A stretch of 32,000 nt of DNA from an uncultured Roseivirgaceae bacterium (GCA_964440915.1 CAYTTV010000009.1:50735-82734), one strand, 5' to 3'. Numbered from the stretch's first letter, positions 17,645-27,087 are shown. Translations and numbers: made by a program. The notes: generated by a model from the sequence alone, not told the origin.

Positions 17645-17652
17645 TATCTTTG
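17645..17652 (+). promoter_or_regulatory. Bacteroidetes -7 box TATCTTTG, likely proximal pdxJ promoter
   Basis: Exact TAnnTTTG match 74 nt upstream of the pdxJ ATG (17726) and downstream of the GC-rich island. Confidence 0.45.
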
Positions 17653-17725
17653 CCCAATAAAATAGATATCAATTACAACTTAACCAGGTGCTTTAGGTTA
17701 TGTTTGTGCGAAATGAAGTTTGGCT

Positions 17726-18463
17726 ATGACGAGACTGAGTGTTAACATCAATAAAGTGGCTACTTTAAGGAATTCAAGAGGCGGCAATAATCCGGACGTT
17801 TTGAAGGTAGCGCTCGATTGTGAACGATTTGGGGCACAGGGCATTACGGTGCATCCGAGGCCTGACGAAAGGCATATTAGGTATGATGACGTATTGGTGC
17901 TGAAGGACAATATCAAGACGGAATTTAATATTGAAGGCTATCCAGATAAGCGGTATTTGGAGCTTGTAGGGCGTGCACAGCCAGCGCAGGCTACGCTTGT
18001 GCCGGATGGGCCTGATGCGATCACGTCAAATGCTGGATGGGATACGGTTAAGCATAAGGATTTTTTGGTAGATGTAACTGCCAATCTACGAGCGCAAGGT
18101 ATCAGGGTTTCAATATTTGTTGATCCTGTGGAGGAAATGGTGGAAGGCGCTAAGGAAATAGGCGCAGATAATATTGAATTATATACAGAAAGCTATGCCG
18201 TGCGGTATGAAGGCGATCGGGAAAGTGCCATAGCGCCGTATGTGAAGTGCGCTGACTTGGCGCGTTCTATCGGGCTAAAAGTAAATGCGGGCCATGACCT
18301 CGATTTGCAAAACCTCCGCTATCTAAAGCAGCAGATCCCCTTTTTGGAAGAGGTTTCTATCGGACATGCTCTTATTTGTGATGCTTTATATCTGGGCCTG
18401 GAGAATACGATCCAGCTGTATCTTCGTCAGTTGGAAAGTGACAATCCGATCGTAGTGATTTAG
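17726..18463 (+). CDS. pdxJ: Pyridoxine 5'-phosphate synthase
   Basis: [20 protein letters not shown] (PdxJ N-terminal signature), [18 protein letters not shown] and GHALICDAL. The ATG at 17726 is preferred over the TTG at 17720. Confidence 0.95.
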   Translation: MTRLSVNINKVATLRNSRGGNNPDVLKVALDCERFGAQGITVHPRPDERHIRYDDVLVLKDNIKTEFNIEGYPDKRYLELVGRAQPAQATLVPDGPDAITSNAGWDTVKHKDFLVDVTANLRAQGIRVSIFVDPVEEMVEGAKEIGADNIELYTESYAVRYEGDRESAIAPYVKCADLARSIGLKVNAGHDLDLQNLRYLKQQIPFLEEVSIGHALICDALYLGLENTIQLYLRQLESDNPIVVI

Positions 18464-18541
18464 GATAACATGTTAATGCTTACTTAAAATATATGCATGG
18501 TTGATCATGCTGTAGTAATTAGGACAAATAAATGGAATGAA

Positions 18542-19306
18542 ATGGTAATGAATTTTAAAAAACTCGGTGAAGGTAGCCCGATCATAATTTTGCACGGTGT
18601 GTTTGGGTCTTCAGACAATTGGCTTTCTGTAGGCAAGGCACTGGCCGAAAACCACACTGTTTATTTGCCCGATTTGCGTAATCATGGAGATTCTTTTCAT
18701 TCCGATACATTTACTTACCAAGCTATGGCGGAGGATCTGAAACATCTTATTGAGCAAGAAAATATTGAAAGGCCTGTCGTGATAGGACATTCCATGGGAG
18801 GTAAGGTGGCAATGAAGTTTGCTGTAAACTATCCTGATCTGTTGGAGAAACTTATTGTGGTAGATATTTCTCCAAGGGCATATCCGCCACATCATGAAAA
18901 GATACTGGAGGGTTTGAAATCGATAAATTTAAAAGAAATAGGGTCAAGGAATGAAGCGGATGAAGCTTTGGCTGAATATGTTCCGGAACTGGGTGTGAGG
19001 CAGTTTTTGCTGAAGAACCTGACTAGGGGCCAAGACAAGCAGTTTATGTGGAAGTTGAATTTGCCGGTGATAGATGAACAAATCGAAAATGTAGGGGAGG
19101 GCTTGGAAGAGCAGTTGGCCATGTCAAAATCCACGCTTTTTATTCGAGGGGGAAAGTCAAATTATATTAAGAATGAAGATAATATCGTGATTGTAGGTTT
19201 CTTTCCCAATTCAGAAGTTAAAACGATCGAAGGGGCAGGTCATTGGTTGCATGCAGAGCAACCTGAGGCTTTTGTGGAGATGGTACGGGAATTTATACGC
19301 AGCTAG
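18542..19306 (+). CDS. Alpha/beta-fold hydrolase (YbfF-like esterase family)
   Basis: HG oxyanion motif (IIILHGVFGS), nucleophile elbow GHSMGG, C-terminal GAGHWLHAE (catalytic His). The start is ambiguous (18497, 18542 or 18548). Confidence 0.85.
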   Translation: MVMNFKKLGEGSPIIILHGVFGSSDNWLSVGKALAENHTVYLPDLRNHGDSFHSDTFTYQAMAEDLKHLIEQENIERPVVIGHSMGGKVAMKFAVNYPDLLEKLIVVDISPRAYPPHHEKILEGLKSINLKEIGSRNEADEALAEYVPELGVRQFLLKNLTRGQDKQFMWKLNLPVIDEQIENVGEGLEEQLAMSKSTLFIRGGKSNYIKNEDNIVIVGFFPNSEVKTIEGAGHWLHAEQPEAFVEMVREFIRS

Positions 19307-19332
19307 TGATAGAAAGTAAAACGTATATGCAT

Positions 19333-19548
19333 TTAAAATTTTCTGACCAGATACAATATAAGGGAAATAATGATGCTAAGGACTATACTGGTCGCGAGTG
19401 GGAAGTAAAATGTAAAGTTTTCCTTTTTGATAACAATGTCACCTGGAAGCCTTCCCAAAAATGGCAACTTATCAGAAAAGTATATTGCTAGCCCTATGAT
19501 GGCAAGTGAAATGCCTGCTATTATAAGAAATAAACCCATTCGCTTCAT
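19333..19548 (-). CDS. DUF2905-family small membrane protein
   Basis: 71 aa with two hydrophobic segments flanking the family-typical GRLPGDIVIKKENFTFYFP motif. Confidence 0.75.
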   Translation of the reverse strand: MKRMGLFLIIAGISLAIIGLAIYFSDKLPFLGRLPGDIVIKKENFTFYFPLATSIVLSIIISLILYLVRKF

Positions 19549-19645
19549 GCTTTAGTTAGTGGCTTTTTAGTATCAACGGCTTAAAATCCTAAATCGTTTG
19601 CCTGGGGAATTGCACGCTTGTTCATTTTCCGAATATATCAACTAC

Positions 19646-20386
19646 ATGGAACAATACAAAAAAGGGGTTTTATATTTAATTCCTACAGTAATTTCTGAAG
19701 GGACTGTAGATAAGGTAGTAGCACCGGAGATATTGGATGTCGTGGCCAATCTAGATTATTACCTTGTAGAAAACCTGAGAACCGCAAGAAGGTATATAAG
19801 CGAGCTTAACCGGACTTTTGATCAATTGAAACTTCCCAAGCCTATAGAAGAGATTAAGTTTGTGGAGCTTTCTAAAGATACAGATCCTAAGGAGGTACGG
19901 AACCAACTGAACCTTGTAACAGCAGGGAGAAGTGCAGGGGTGATCTCTGAGGCTGGTTGCCCAGGAGTGGCCGATCCAGGTGCCGTTGCGGTTCGCTATG
20001 CACATGCTCTTGGCATCAAGGTAGTGCCTTTGGTAGGCCCTTCTTCCATTTTGCTTGCTTTAATGGCGTCAGGTTTCAATGGACAGTCATTTGCCTTTCA
20101 TGGGTACCTGCCGATAGAGAAAAAAGAAAGAAGTGAAATGCTCAAGGCCCTAGAAAAGGATGCACAAAAGAAGCGTCAGACCCAAATATTTATGGAAACG
20201 CCTTATCGGAATCAGAAGCTGCTCGAAGATATTCTACAAGTGTGCAATGGGCAAACACTGCTTTGCATAGCCAAGGACCTTACAGGCGCTGAAGAATTTG
20301 TTGTTACTAAATCTGTGAAAGATTGGAAGCGCGAGAATTTAGATTTACATAAGATTCCTGTCGTTTTTGCTTTATCTGATGGCTAA
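19646..20386 (+). CDS. SAM-dependent methyltransferase of the tetrapyrrole-methylase (RsmI-like) superfamily
   Basis: GVLYLIPTVISEG N-terminus, EAGCPGVADPG and VPLVGPSSILLALMASG motifs typical of the TP_methylase fold. The ATG at 19646 is preferred. Confidence 0.8.
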   Translation: MEQYKKGVLYLIPTVISEGTVDKVVAPEILDVVANLDYYLVENLRTARRYISELNRTFDQLKLPKPIEEIKFVELSKDTDPKEVRNQLNLVTAGRSAGVISEAGCPGVADPGAVAVRYAHALGIKVVPLVGPSSILLALMASGFNGQSFAFHGYLPIEKKERSEMLKALEKDAQKKRQTQIFMETPYRNQKLLEDILQVCNGQTLLCIAKDLTGAEEFVVTKSVKDWKRENLDLHKIPVVFALSDG

Positions 20387-20500
20387 ACCGTGGGTTTAAA
20401 ATAATTAGTGCTTCAAATAAACATTGAGAGGGTTATACCGTTTTAACTTTTACTTGGTTGCTTTTTTATTGTATCTTTCAAAGACTAACATTCAGCATTT

Positions 20501-20869
20501 GTGAAACTTTTCTACAAAATAGCCCGCTTTTTAAATGTCCCTGATTTTATTAATAATGTCGAGGGATTTACAAGAACAAAGACAGAGGAGATGAAGGTTA
20601 GGTTTGAGGAGTATGCCATGGAGCTCCTCGCAAAGATTGCCATTTACGCGGCCATGTTTTTTGTCAGCCTTTTTTTTCTTTTATTTGCAAGTATCACAGC
20701 AGGGCAATACTTGAATGAAGTGCTAGACAGTACTTTTGCAGGTTATGGTATCTTGGCTTTGTTCTATCTTTTATTGTTGATAATCTTGTTTATTGTAAAA
20801 AAGCTTAAGACCGATGATACTTCTTCAGAAGAGGACTCGTCTAAAAATACCTCAACTTTTCACGACTAA
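20501..20869 (+). CDS. Small two-TM membrane protein, holin-X (superfamily III)-like
   Basis: Amphipathic N-terminal helix followed by two long hydrophobic segments (IAIYAAMFFVSLFFLLFASI; GYGILALFYLLLLIILFIV) and a charged tail. GTG start. Confidence 0.55.
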   Translation: MKLFYKIARFLNVPDFINNVEGFTRTKTEEMKVRFEEYAMELLAKIAIYAAMFFVSLFFLLFASITAGQYLNEVLDSTFAGYGILALFYLLLLIILFIVKKLKTDDTSSEEDSSKNTSTFHD

Positions 20870-20887
20870 TCTAAAACTTGGTTTATT

Positions 20888-21232
20888 ATGAATAGGGAGC
20901 CGCAAGTGCTTAAGCAAGAAGCCGATGAATATCTCGATAATATCAAAACGTATTTTTCTCAATGGGGGAAAGCATTTCTTATTGTTGGGGGTACGGTTTG
21001 GGTGACATACAAGGTTATTAAGGGATTGAGTTCTCATCAACAAAATAGGAAAAAGCCAGTGCATGCTCTTCAGGAGGAGCACTATGCTGTAGCCACTGTT
21101 AGGCCTTCATCGCGTATAGCCAAAATGATTAAGCAACAAATAGCTTTGTTTCTGATTGCTATAATCAAGCAGAAACTGACAGAAGCCTTGTCAAAAAGAA
21201 GTGCGCACCATGGAGAAGAAGAAGTTGTATGA
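20888..21232 (+). CDS. Hypothetical small membrane protein
   Basis: 114 aa with hydrophobic segments AFLIVGGTVWVTY and IALFLIAII. The 3' end overlaps the next gene by 23 nt. Confidence 0.45.
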   Translation: MNREPQVLKQEADEYLDNIKTYFSQWGKAFLIVGGTVWVTYKVIKGLSSHQQNRKKPVHALQEEHYAVATVRPSSRIAKMIKQQIALFLIAIIKQKLTEALSKRSAHHGEEEVV

Positions 21233-21989
21233 AGCTTTAATAGAGCGAAAAAGTAAAGGTCTTAAATCTTTTGCCGTATTAATTGATCCAGACAAAGTAA
21301 GGGATTGGACAGCTTGTGCCAAGCTCATCAATATGAGTGTGGAAAACAAAGTTGACTTTTTCTTTGTTGGAGGAAGCTTGTTGACAAATATGCATCTCAA
21401 CAAGGTGATCACACTCATCAAAAGCAACAGTAACATACCTGTAGTGCTTTTTCCGGGCAGTAATATGCATATCAATACTGCGGCTGATGGCATCCTGTTT
21501 TTGTCGCTTTTGTCTGGTCGTAATGCGGATCTTTTGATAGGACAACATGTAGTGGCAGCGCCAATTTTGAAGAAGAGTGGCCTAGAGGTGCTTCCTACAG
21601 GTTATATCTTGATAGATGGCGGAAATCTTAGTACGGTTTCCTATATGAGCAATACATTTCCTATACCAGCTGACAAATATTCTGTAGCAACTTGCACAGC
21701 CATGGCTGGTGAAATGCTTGGTCTCAAGCTTATTTATATGGATGCTGGCAGCGGAGCTGCAAATCCTATTTCTCCCAAAATGATAACTTCTGTAAGGAAG
21801 GTAGTAGATACCCCGCTAATTATTGGAGGAGGCATCAATACTATTGAAAAGGCTATGGCTGCTATTGGGGCTGGAGCAGATCTTATAGTGGTGGGCAATG
21901 CTATAGAAAAGAACCCATCATTATTGATTGATATTTCTGCTAAGATCGGGGAAATGAATGATCTACTGTTAAAAGATACGACATATTGA
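21210..21989 (+). CDS. Geranylgeranylglyceryl phosphate synthase family protein (PcrB/GGGPS, TIM barrel)
   Basis: FAVLIDPDK, FFVGGS, LIYMDAGSGA, PLIIGGGI and LIVVGNAIE line up with the conserved PcrB/GGGPS strand-end motifs. Confidence 0.88.
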   Translation: MEKKKLYEALIERKSKGLKSFAVLIDPDKVRDWTACAKLINMSVENKVDFFFVGGSLLTNMHLNKVITLIKSNSNIPVVLFPGSNMHINTAADGILFLSLLSGRNADLLIGQHVVAAPILKKSGLEVLPTGYILIDGGNLSTVSYMSNTFPIPADKYSVATCTAMAGEMLGLKLIYMDAGSGAANPISPKMITSVRKVVDTPLIIGGGINTIEKAMAAIGAGADLIVVGNAIEKNPSLLIDISAKIGEMNDLLLKDTTY

Positions 21990-22007
21990 AACACGCATGA
22001 ATCATAT

Positions 22008-22047
22008 AAAAAGGGCACCGTAATCACTTCGATTGCGGTGCCTTTTT
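22008..22047. terminator. Bidirectional rho-independent terminator between the convergent GGGPS and AraC-family genes
   Basis: aaaaaGGGCACCGtAATCacttcGATTgCGGTGCCttttt. GC stem at 22014-22020 / 22036-22042 plus an inner aatc/gatt pairing. An A-run and a T-run flank it. Confidence 0.7.
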
Positions 22048-22066
22048 GCTTTTGCGAATGTTCGGA

Positions 22067-22987
22067 TTAGATATTCATCAACGATTCTCGTCTTCTCATC
22101 TTTCCTGCTGGGATGCCAAACATCATTTTGAACCTTCTACAGAAATACGCTGTGTCTTTATAACCGACGTCTCGTCCAATATCTCTAATGCTTTTCTTGC
22201 TGGTTCTCAGCAGGTTCACTGCCTTTTCCATGCGCTGATACTCAATATAGTCTTGAGGATTTATACCTGTAAGCATTTTAAAGTACTGGCCAACATAATC
22301 TTCCGAGACGTTGGCTACGCCTGCAAGCACCTTGTTCGATAGGTCACCTTCAAGGTTTTCACGAATGTAGGCAAATATATCGATGAGGCGGGGATCTTTA
22401 AAATAGGTGCTGTTTGTAGCCAGTTGCTCCACAAAAAGCCTATTTTTGATGATGTAACGAATGATTTCCACGACTAGATGGTCGACAGAGATCTTAATTA
22501 CACGATCCTTCCCCGGTAGCACGGCTCTTGTTTCGCTCACAATGCCTTTAATAAGACCTGCTATAGTGGGATTGTCCTTGATGACGAAAGGAGGTATATC
22601 TAGAGAAGAAAAGAAGTTGACAGAATCAAATACTTTTGCTTCAAAATTGACGTAACTAAAGTTTTCTTGACTTATAGTAGATGGGTCGTCTTGAAAAGAT
22701 TGAAAGTACTTCTCTTCATTATTGACGAATTCATCATTCGATAATTTGGTGGGCTCTCCTGTTCCGTAGGTCAATGAAATTTGTTTTCCCCCTGGGATGA
22801 AGAGAATTTCTCCCTGATTGACAACTTCATTTTCTTTGCCAAATTTTATCTGACCCTTGTTTAATATAAGGATCATGTTTTCGACATCATAGAAGTTCCT
22901 TATGATAAATGGCTCTAGAATCTTCGTGTTCTTAGCATGGATGAATCTAACGCCGAGTGATTCAATTATCTTATTGTAATCTTCCAT
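22067..22987 (-). CDS. AraC-family transcriptional regulator (N-terminal cupin-like sensor, C-terminal double HTH)
   Basis: The C-terminal ~100 aa shows AraC HTH_18 features (LAGVANVSEDYVGQYFKMLTGINPQDYIEYQRMEKAVNLL...IRDIGRDVGYKDTAYFCRRFKMMFGIPAGKMR). Confidence 0.88.
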   Translation of the reverse strand: MEDYNKIIESLGVRFIHAKNTKILEPFIIRNFYDVENMILILNKGQIKFGKENEVVNQGEILFIPGGKQISLTYGTGEPTKLSNDEFVNNEEKYFQSFQDDPSTISQENFSYVNFEAKVFDSVNFFSSLDIPPFVIKDNPTIAGLIKGIVSETRAVLPGKDRVIKISVDHLVVEIIRYIIKNRLFVEQLATNSTYFKDPRLIDIFAYIRENLEGDLSNKVLAGVANVSEDYVGQYFKMLTGINPQDYIEYQRMEKAVNLLRTSKKSIRDIGRDVGYKDTAYFCRRFKMMFGIPAGKMRRRESLMNI

Positions 22988-23119
22988 TTAATAATCTTAA
23001 ATAGTTTGTAATAATAACGTTGCAATAGGTTGTTTGTTGAGAAAATCTAATAGCTGACCTTCTCTTACAAATTAGATTTTTAATATTTCGATTTATCTTA
23101 CAACTATAAAAATCAAAAA

Positions 23120-24259
23120 TTATTTTAATAGTTCCCGAGAAATTACAATTTTTTGTATTTCAGAAGTCCCTTCATATATCTGAGTTATCTTTGCGTCGCG
23201 CATCAATCTTTCTACATGATATTCCTTTACGTACCCGTATCCACCATGAATTTGTACTGCCTCAACAGTGGTGTCCATGGCGACTTGTGAGGCATATAAT
23301 TTTGCCATTGCACTTGCCTTGGAATAATCTTGATCAGTATCTTTCAGGTAGGCAGCCTTTAGGCAGAGTAGTCTAGCTGCTTCAATTTGGGTGGCCATAT
23401 CTGCCAATTTGAACTGAATGGACTGATGTTTGGCAATTTCTACCCCAAAAGATTTTCTTTCTTTAGCATATTTAAGGGCTAGCTCGAACGCACCTGATGC
23501 TATGCCAAGTGCCTGTGCAGCGATTCCTATCCTCCCGCCGTTCAAGGTTTCCATAGCAAATCGGAATCCGAATCCATCTTCTCCTATCCTGTTTTCTTTT
23601 GGCACCCTTACGTCCGAAAACATTAGAGAGTGCGTATCGGAACCTCTTATGCCCAATTTATTTTCTTTTTTGCCTATTGTAAACCCTTCCATTTCCCTTT
23701 CTATGATCAGGGCATTGATACCTTTATGCCCTTTTTCTTTGTGGGTTTGGGCAATTACGATATAAACTGATGCAGTATTGCCATTTGTGATCCAGTTCTT
23801 GGTGCCATTTAGCAGATAGTGATCACCTTTGTCTTCGGCTGTGGTTTGTTGAGAGGTAGCGTCAGAGCCTGCTTCGGGTTCTGATAAGCAGAAAGCTCCA
23901 ATGATTTCACCGGATGCAAGCCTTTTGAGGTACTTTTCCTTTTGTGCGTCCGTACCATACTTTTCCATGCCCCAACATACTAATGAATTATTGACTGACA
24001 TTGCTACGGAGGCTGAGGCGTCTATTTTTGAAATCTCTTCCATTGCCAACACATAGGAGATAGTGTCCATGCCGCCGCCGTTGTACTTCGGACTTACCAT
24101 CATACCCATAAAGCCAAGCTCGCTCATTTGCTTGATCTCATTAGTGGGAAAGGTTTGGGTTTCATCTCGCTCTATCACACCTGGAAGCAATGCCGTTTGG
24201 GCAAACTCCCTAGCTGCCATTTGGACAGCAATTTGTTCTTCTGTGAGTTCAAAGGTCAT
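23120..24259 (-). CDS. Acyl-CoA dehydrogenase (short/medium-chain, butyryl-CoA dehydrogenase-like)
   Basis: 379 aa. Motifs GAFCLSEPEAGSD, WITNG and the C-terminal catalytic-Glu context QIYEGTSEIQ. Confidence 0.92.
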   Translation of the reverse strand: MTFELTEEQIAVQMAAREFAQTALLPGVIERDETQTFPTNEIKQMSELGFMGMMVSPKYNGGGMDTISYVLAMEEISKIDASASVAMSVNNSLVCWGMEKYGTDAQKEKYLKRLASGEIIGAFCLSEPEAGSDATSQQTTAEDKGDHYLLNGTKNWITNGNTASVYIVIAQTHKEKGHKGINALIIEREMEGFTIGKKENKLGIRGSDTHSLMFSDVRVPKENRIGEDGFGFRFAMETLNGGRIGIAAQALGIASGAFELALKYAKERKSFGVEIAKHQSIQFKLADMATQIEAARLLCLKAAYLKDTDQDYSKASAMAKLYASQVAMDTTVEAVQIHGGYGYVKEYHVERLMRDAKITQIYEGTSEIQKIVISRELLK

Positions 24260-24289
24260 ATTCTACCCAGAGTGTGTAATTGTAAAAAT

Positions 24290-24330
24290 ATAAATTTAGG
24301 GCAAAAGTACAATATATGCCCTAAATTTAT
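24290..24330 (-). terminator. Rho-independent terminator after the zinc metallopeptidase gene
   Basis: Perfect 14-bp inverted repeat ataaatttagggca (24290-24303) / tgccctaaatttat (24317-24330) with a 13-nt loop. On the minus strand it is followed by aTTTTTac. Confidence 0.6.
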
Positions 24331-24358
24331 CAATTATTTTAATATAAGAAAAATTCAA

Positions 24359-25051
24359 TTAGTCTCTATTGCCTAAAAATGACATAATTAAGTAGAGCAA
24401 AGTAACTAATGAACCAATAGCTGCCACTACATAAGTCATTGCAGCCCATTTCAATGCGTCTTTGGCCATATCTTGTTCTTCCCCAGTGGCTATTCCAGTA
24501 GATTTAATCCAAACTAGGGCTCGTCTACTCGCATCAAACTCAACTGGTAAAGTTACAAATGAGAATAAAGTAAGCACTGTATAACAGCCAATGATTATCA
24601 ATATCATCAGTTCTGTTGAGAAAGCGCTGCTGAGCACAAAACCCCCAAAGATGCTGAGCATCACTACGATGTTTAGGATTTTGGCACTAGCATTTTGAAC
24701 TGGCACCAACATAGAACGAAATTCCAGAAAACTATAGGCAGTAGCATGCTGTATAGCATGGCCGCATTCGTGCGCTGCGATTGCTGCGGCTGCGGCTGAC
24801 CTTCCACCATATACTTCTGGACTTAGGTTTACGGTTTTGTTCATTGGATTATAATGGTCGGTCAATTCCCCTTGAACAGACATTACCTTTACATCATAAA
24901 TATTATGATCGGCTAGCATCTTCTCGGCGACTTCTCTTCCTGATAGTGGCTTTGCGAGTTGTATTCTTGAATATTTACGGAATTTATTCTTAAGCTTTGA
25001 GCTAATGGCAAAGCTTATGATCATAAATACGACACCAATGATAAGTAACAT
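24359..25051 (-). CDS. Membrane-associated neutral zinc metallopeptidase (YugP/Zn_peptidase_2 family)
   Basis: N-terminal TM segment, HExxH motif HECGHAIQH, and several C-terminal TM segments. Confidence 0.85.
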   Translation of the reverse strand: MLLIIGVVFMIISFAISSKLKNKFRKYSRIQLAKPLSGREVAEKMLADHNIYDVKVMSVQGELTDHYNPMNKTVNLSPEVYGGRSAAAAAIAAHECGHAIQHATAYSFLEFRSMLVPVQNASAKILNIVVMLSIFGGFVLSSAFSTELMILIIIGCYTVLTLFSFVTLPVEFDASRRALVWIKSTGIATGEEQDMAKDALKWAAMTYVVAAIGSLVTLLYLIMSFLGNRD

Positions 25052-25208
25052 GTTTGTTAAATTAGATTTAGGTTCTTATTTGATTATTAATTATTCACAG
25101 CTGATTTTTTGGATTACGGTTTTTAGCACGATTTATTGTATATGATGTACAACTGTTTGCTATATCAGTAATAAATATTAGAGTTTATTCACAGTAAAAT
25201 TTGAATTA

Positions 25209-25688
25209 TCAAGAGTTTTTGATCTTATCGATAATTTTGCTTGTAGAATAACCCTTTACCAATTCGATTGTGGATACATTTCCTCCATTACCCATTACGA
25301 TATCGGCTCCTACTATGTTGTCTAAAGTATAGTCATCCCCCTTCACTAAAATATCGGGTACTATTGTTTGAATCAGCTCATAAGGAGTGGCTTCAGCAAA
25401 ATAAGTAACGGCATCGACAAAGGAGAATGATGCAATCAGTCTCGCCCTGGCATATTCATCCACAACTGGCCTTGAAGGTCCCTTGAGCTTGCTAACCGAT
25501 GCATCGGTATTGAGCGCCACTATCAGCTTATCGCCCAAGGCCCTGGCCTTTTCCAGATAATCAATATGGCCGAGGTGCACTATATCGAAGCAGCCATTGG
25601 TAAACACGATTTTTTGATTGTCGCCTTTCCATCTGGCGACCAATTCCAACAAATGGTCGGTGTCCAGTATTTTATCTTTGCTCTGCAT
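25209..25688 (-). CDS. hldC: Stand-alone cytidylyltransferase-fold enzyme resembling HldE domain II (D-glycero-beta-D-manno-heptose 1-phosphate adenylyltransferase)
   Basis: [18 protein letters not shown] (HxGH motif), [30 protein letters not shown] and STSKIIDKI closely track the RfaE/HldE C-terminal domain. Confidence 0.85.
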   Translation of the reverse strand: MQSKDKILDTDHLLELVARWKGDNQKIVFTNGCFDIVHLGHIDYLEKARALGDKLIVALNTDASVSKLKGPSRPVVDEYARARLIASFSFVDAVTYFAEATPYELIQTIVPDILVKGDDYTLDNIVGADIVMGNGGNVSTIELVKGYSTSKIIDKIKNS

Positions 25689-26700
25689 AGTGTTTTTGTT
25701 TTGGTTGCTTTTTTACTACTAAAGTCAACACTAAGCTAATACTGCCCAGAAATATTACCAATAAAGTTTGCGAACTATGTAGCAGAAATGCAAAAACTTG
25801 GCCATCTGCTTCTTGGATGCCATATAATACTAACACTGCGGTGACCAAAGCATGGTAGGTGCCAATGCCACCCTGAACAGGTGCAGACATGCCTAGGCCG
25901 CCCATTATCAACAAAGCTATACCTGCGCCTACGCCCAAGGCAGATGTTGCGCTTAGGGCAAACATCATTACGTAAGACATGAGAAAATACAAAAACCAGA
26001 TCATTGTTGTACAAAACCAAAAGATTGCAGGGCTTTTTACTCTCCTAATACTCATAAAGCCTGCTATTATCTCCCTCATAAAAGCCCTTACCTTCAAAAA
26101 CAAACTATTTTTTTTTATTTTCTCCTTGAACAAACGTGCAATTAAGAATAATACCACGATCCCAAGGCAGGCCACTCCTGCCAAAATGTATAAAAGCAAA
26201 AGGTTTTCACCGAGCGATTGCGCTTTCCCATACAGGAAACCTGACAAAAATTCATTGAGTCTATCGAACTCTATCATAAATCCAATAAATATAATTAGCA
26301 TCAGGCTTATGAGATCGATGACCCTTTCTGCCACCACCGTACCTATTGAAACAGTCATAGGGATGCCTTCAGTCTTTTTTAATACGCCGCATCGACTTAC
26401 CTCGCCCATTCTAGGAACAACCAGATTGGCGAGATAGCCTACCATAACTGCTACAAAAGTCCGTGATAGTGTAGGTTTACTGCCGGCTGGTTCCAATATC
26501 AGGTTCCAGCGGTAAGCTCGGAAGAGATGGCTTATGACAGCCAGAAACATGGATAGGAATACCCATGAGTAATTGGCCCCTTTAAGTTTGGCAATAGAGG
26601 AAGCCATATCCAGGTCTTTGTACACATACCAAAAAAGCCCCCCAGCAACCGCTAAAGAGATGGTATATTTGAGGGCAGCTTTGACTTGTCTTAGAGCCAA
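25672..26700 (-). CDS. UPF0104 / lysylphosphatidylglycerol-synthase transmembrane-region (flippase-like) family membrane protein
   Basis: About 8 predicted TM segments and a conserved [12 protein letters not shown] loop typical of the LPG_synthase_TM family. TTG start 9 nt after the panD stop. The 3' end overlaps the next gene by 17 nt. Confidence 0.75.
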   Translation of the reverse strand: MALRQVKAALKYTISLAVAGGLFWYVYKDLDMASSIAKLKGANYSWVFLSMFLAVISHLFRAYRWNLILEPAGSKPTLSRTFVAVMVGYLANLVVPRMGEVSRCGVLKKTEGIPMTVSIGTVVAERVIDLISLMLIIFIGFMIEFDRLNEFLSGFLYGKAQSLGENLLLLYILAGVACLGIVVLFLIARLFKEKIKKNSLFLKVRAFMREIIAGFMSIRRVKSPAIFWFCTTMIWFLYFLMSYVMMFALSATSALGVGAGIALLIMGGLGMSAPVQGGIGTYHALVTAVLVLYGIQEADGQVFAFLLHSSQTLLVIFLGSISLVLTLVVKKQPKQKHYAEQR

Positions 26701-26709
26701 TAGTGTAGG

Positions 26710-27060
26710 TTATTGTACAACTTTATTTTGATTATCAGGAAAGACGATGGTTGGCTGGTACGATTTGGCCTCTTCTGGAGTCATCGAGGCATAAGCAATG
26801 ATAATCACTATATCTCCAACTTGTGCTTTTCTTGCTGCAGGCCCGTTGAGGCATACCATTCCACTGCCTCTTTCCCCCTCGATGACGTAGGTTTCCAACC
26901 TTTCACCATTATTAACATTTACAATCTGTACTTTCTCATTTTTTATCAGATTGGCAGCATCCATCAAGTCTGCATCAATGGTTATGCTCCCTACATAGTG
27001 AAGTTCAGCTTGGGTTATTTTTGCCCTGTGTATTTTGGATTTTAGAATTTGTATATACAT
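26710..27060 (-). CDS. panD: Aspartate 1-decarboxylase (pyruvoyl-dependent)
   Basis: [23 protein letters not shown] contains the self-processing Gly-Ser site. [10 protein letters not shown] and GDIVII also present. Confidence 0.96.
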   Translation of the reverse strand: MYIQILKSKIHRAKITQAELHYVGSITIDADLMDAANLIKNEKVQIVNVNNGERLETYVIEGERGSGMVCLNGPAARKAQVGDIVIIIAYASMTPEEAKSYQPTIVFPDNQNKVVQ

Positions 27061-27087
27061 TTCAATAGTGAATCACTAAGTGCAAAG

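Noticed and set aside
25091-25194. A 10-nt direct repeat ttattcacag occurs twice in the gap upstream of the zinc metallopeptidase gene.
   Set aside because: It is short, AT-rich and well within chance expectation, with no associated structure or motif.
26713-27045. A 110-aa plus-strand ORF almost exactly coextensive with, and antisense to, panD. Similar antisense or overlapping ORFs occur elsewhere, for example 158-634, 5227-5460, 8664-8873, 14004-14249, 21191-21548, 22046-22342, 23430-23765 and 25979-26437.
   Set aside because: Each lies fully inside a gene whose product has strong family motifs. Their translations are low-complexity or have no recognisable features. Long stop-free antisense frames are a common by-product of codon bias. 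Nothing supports them as genes.
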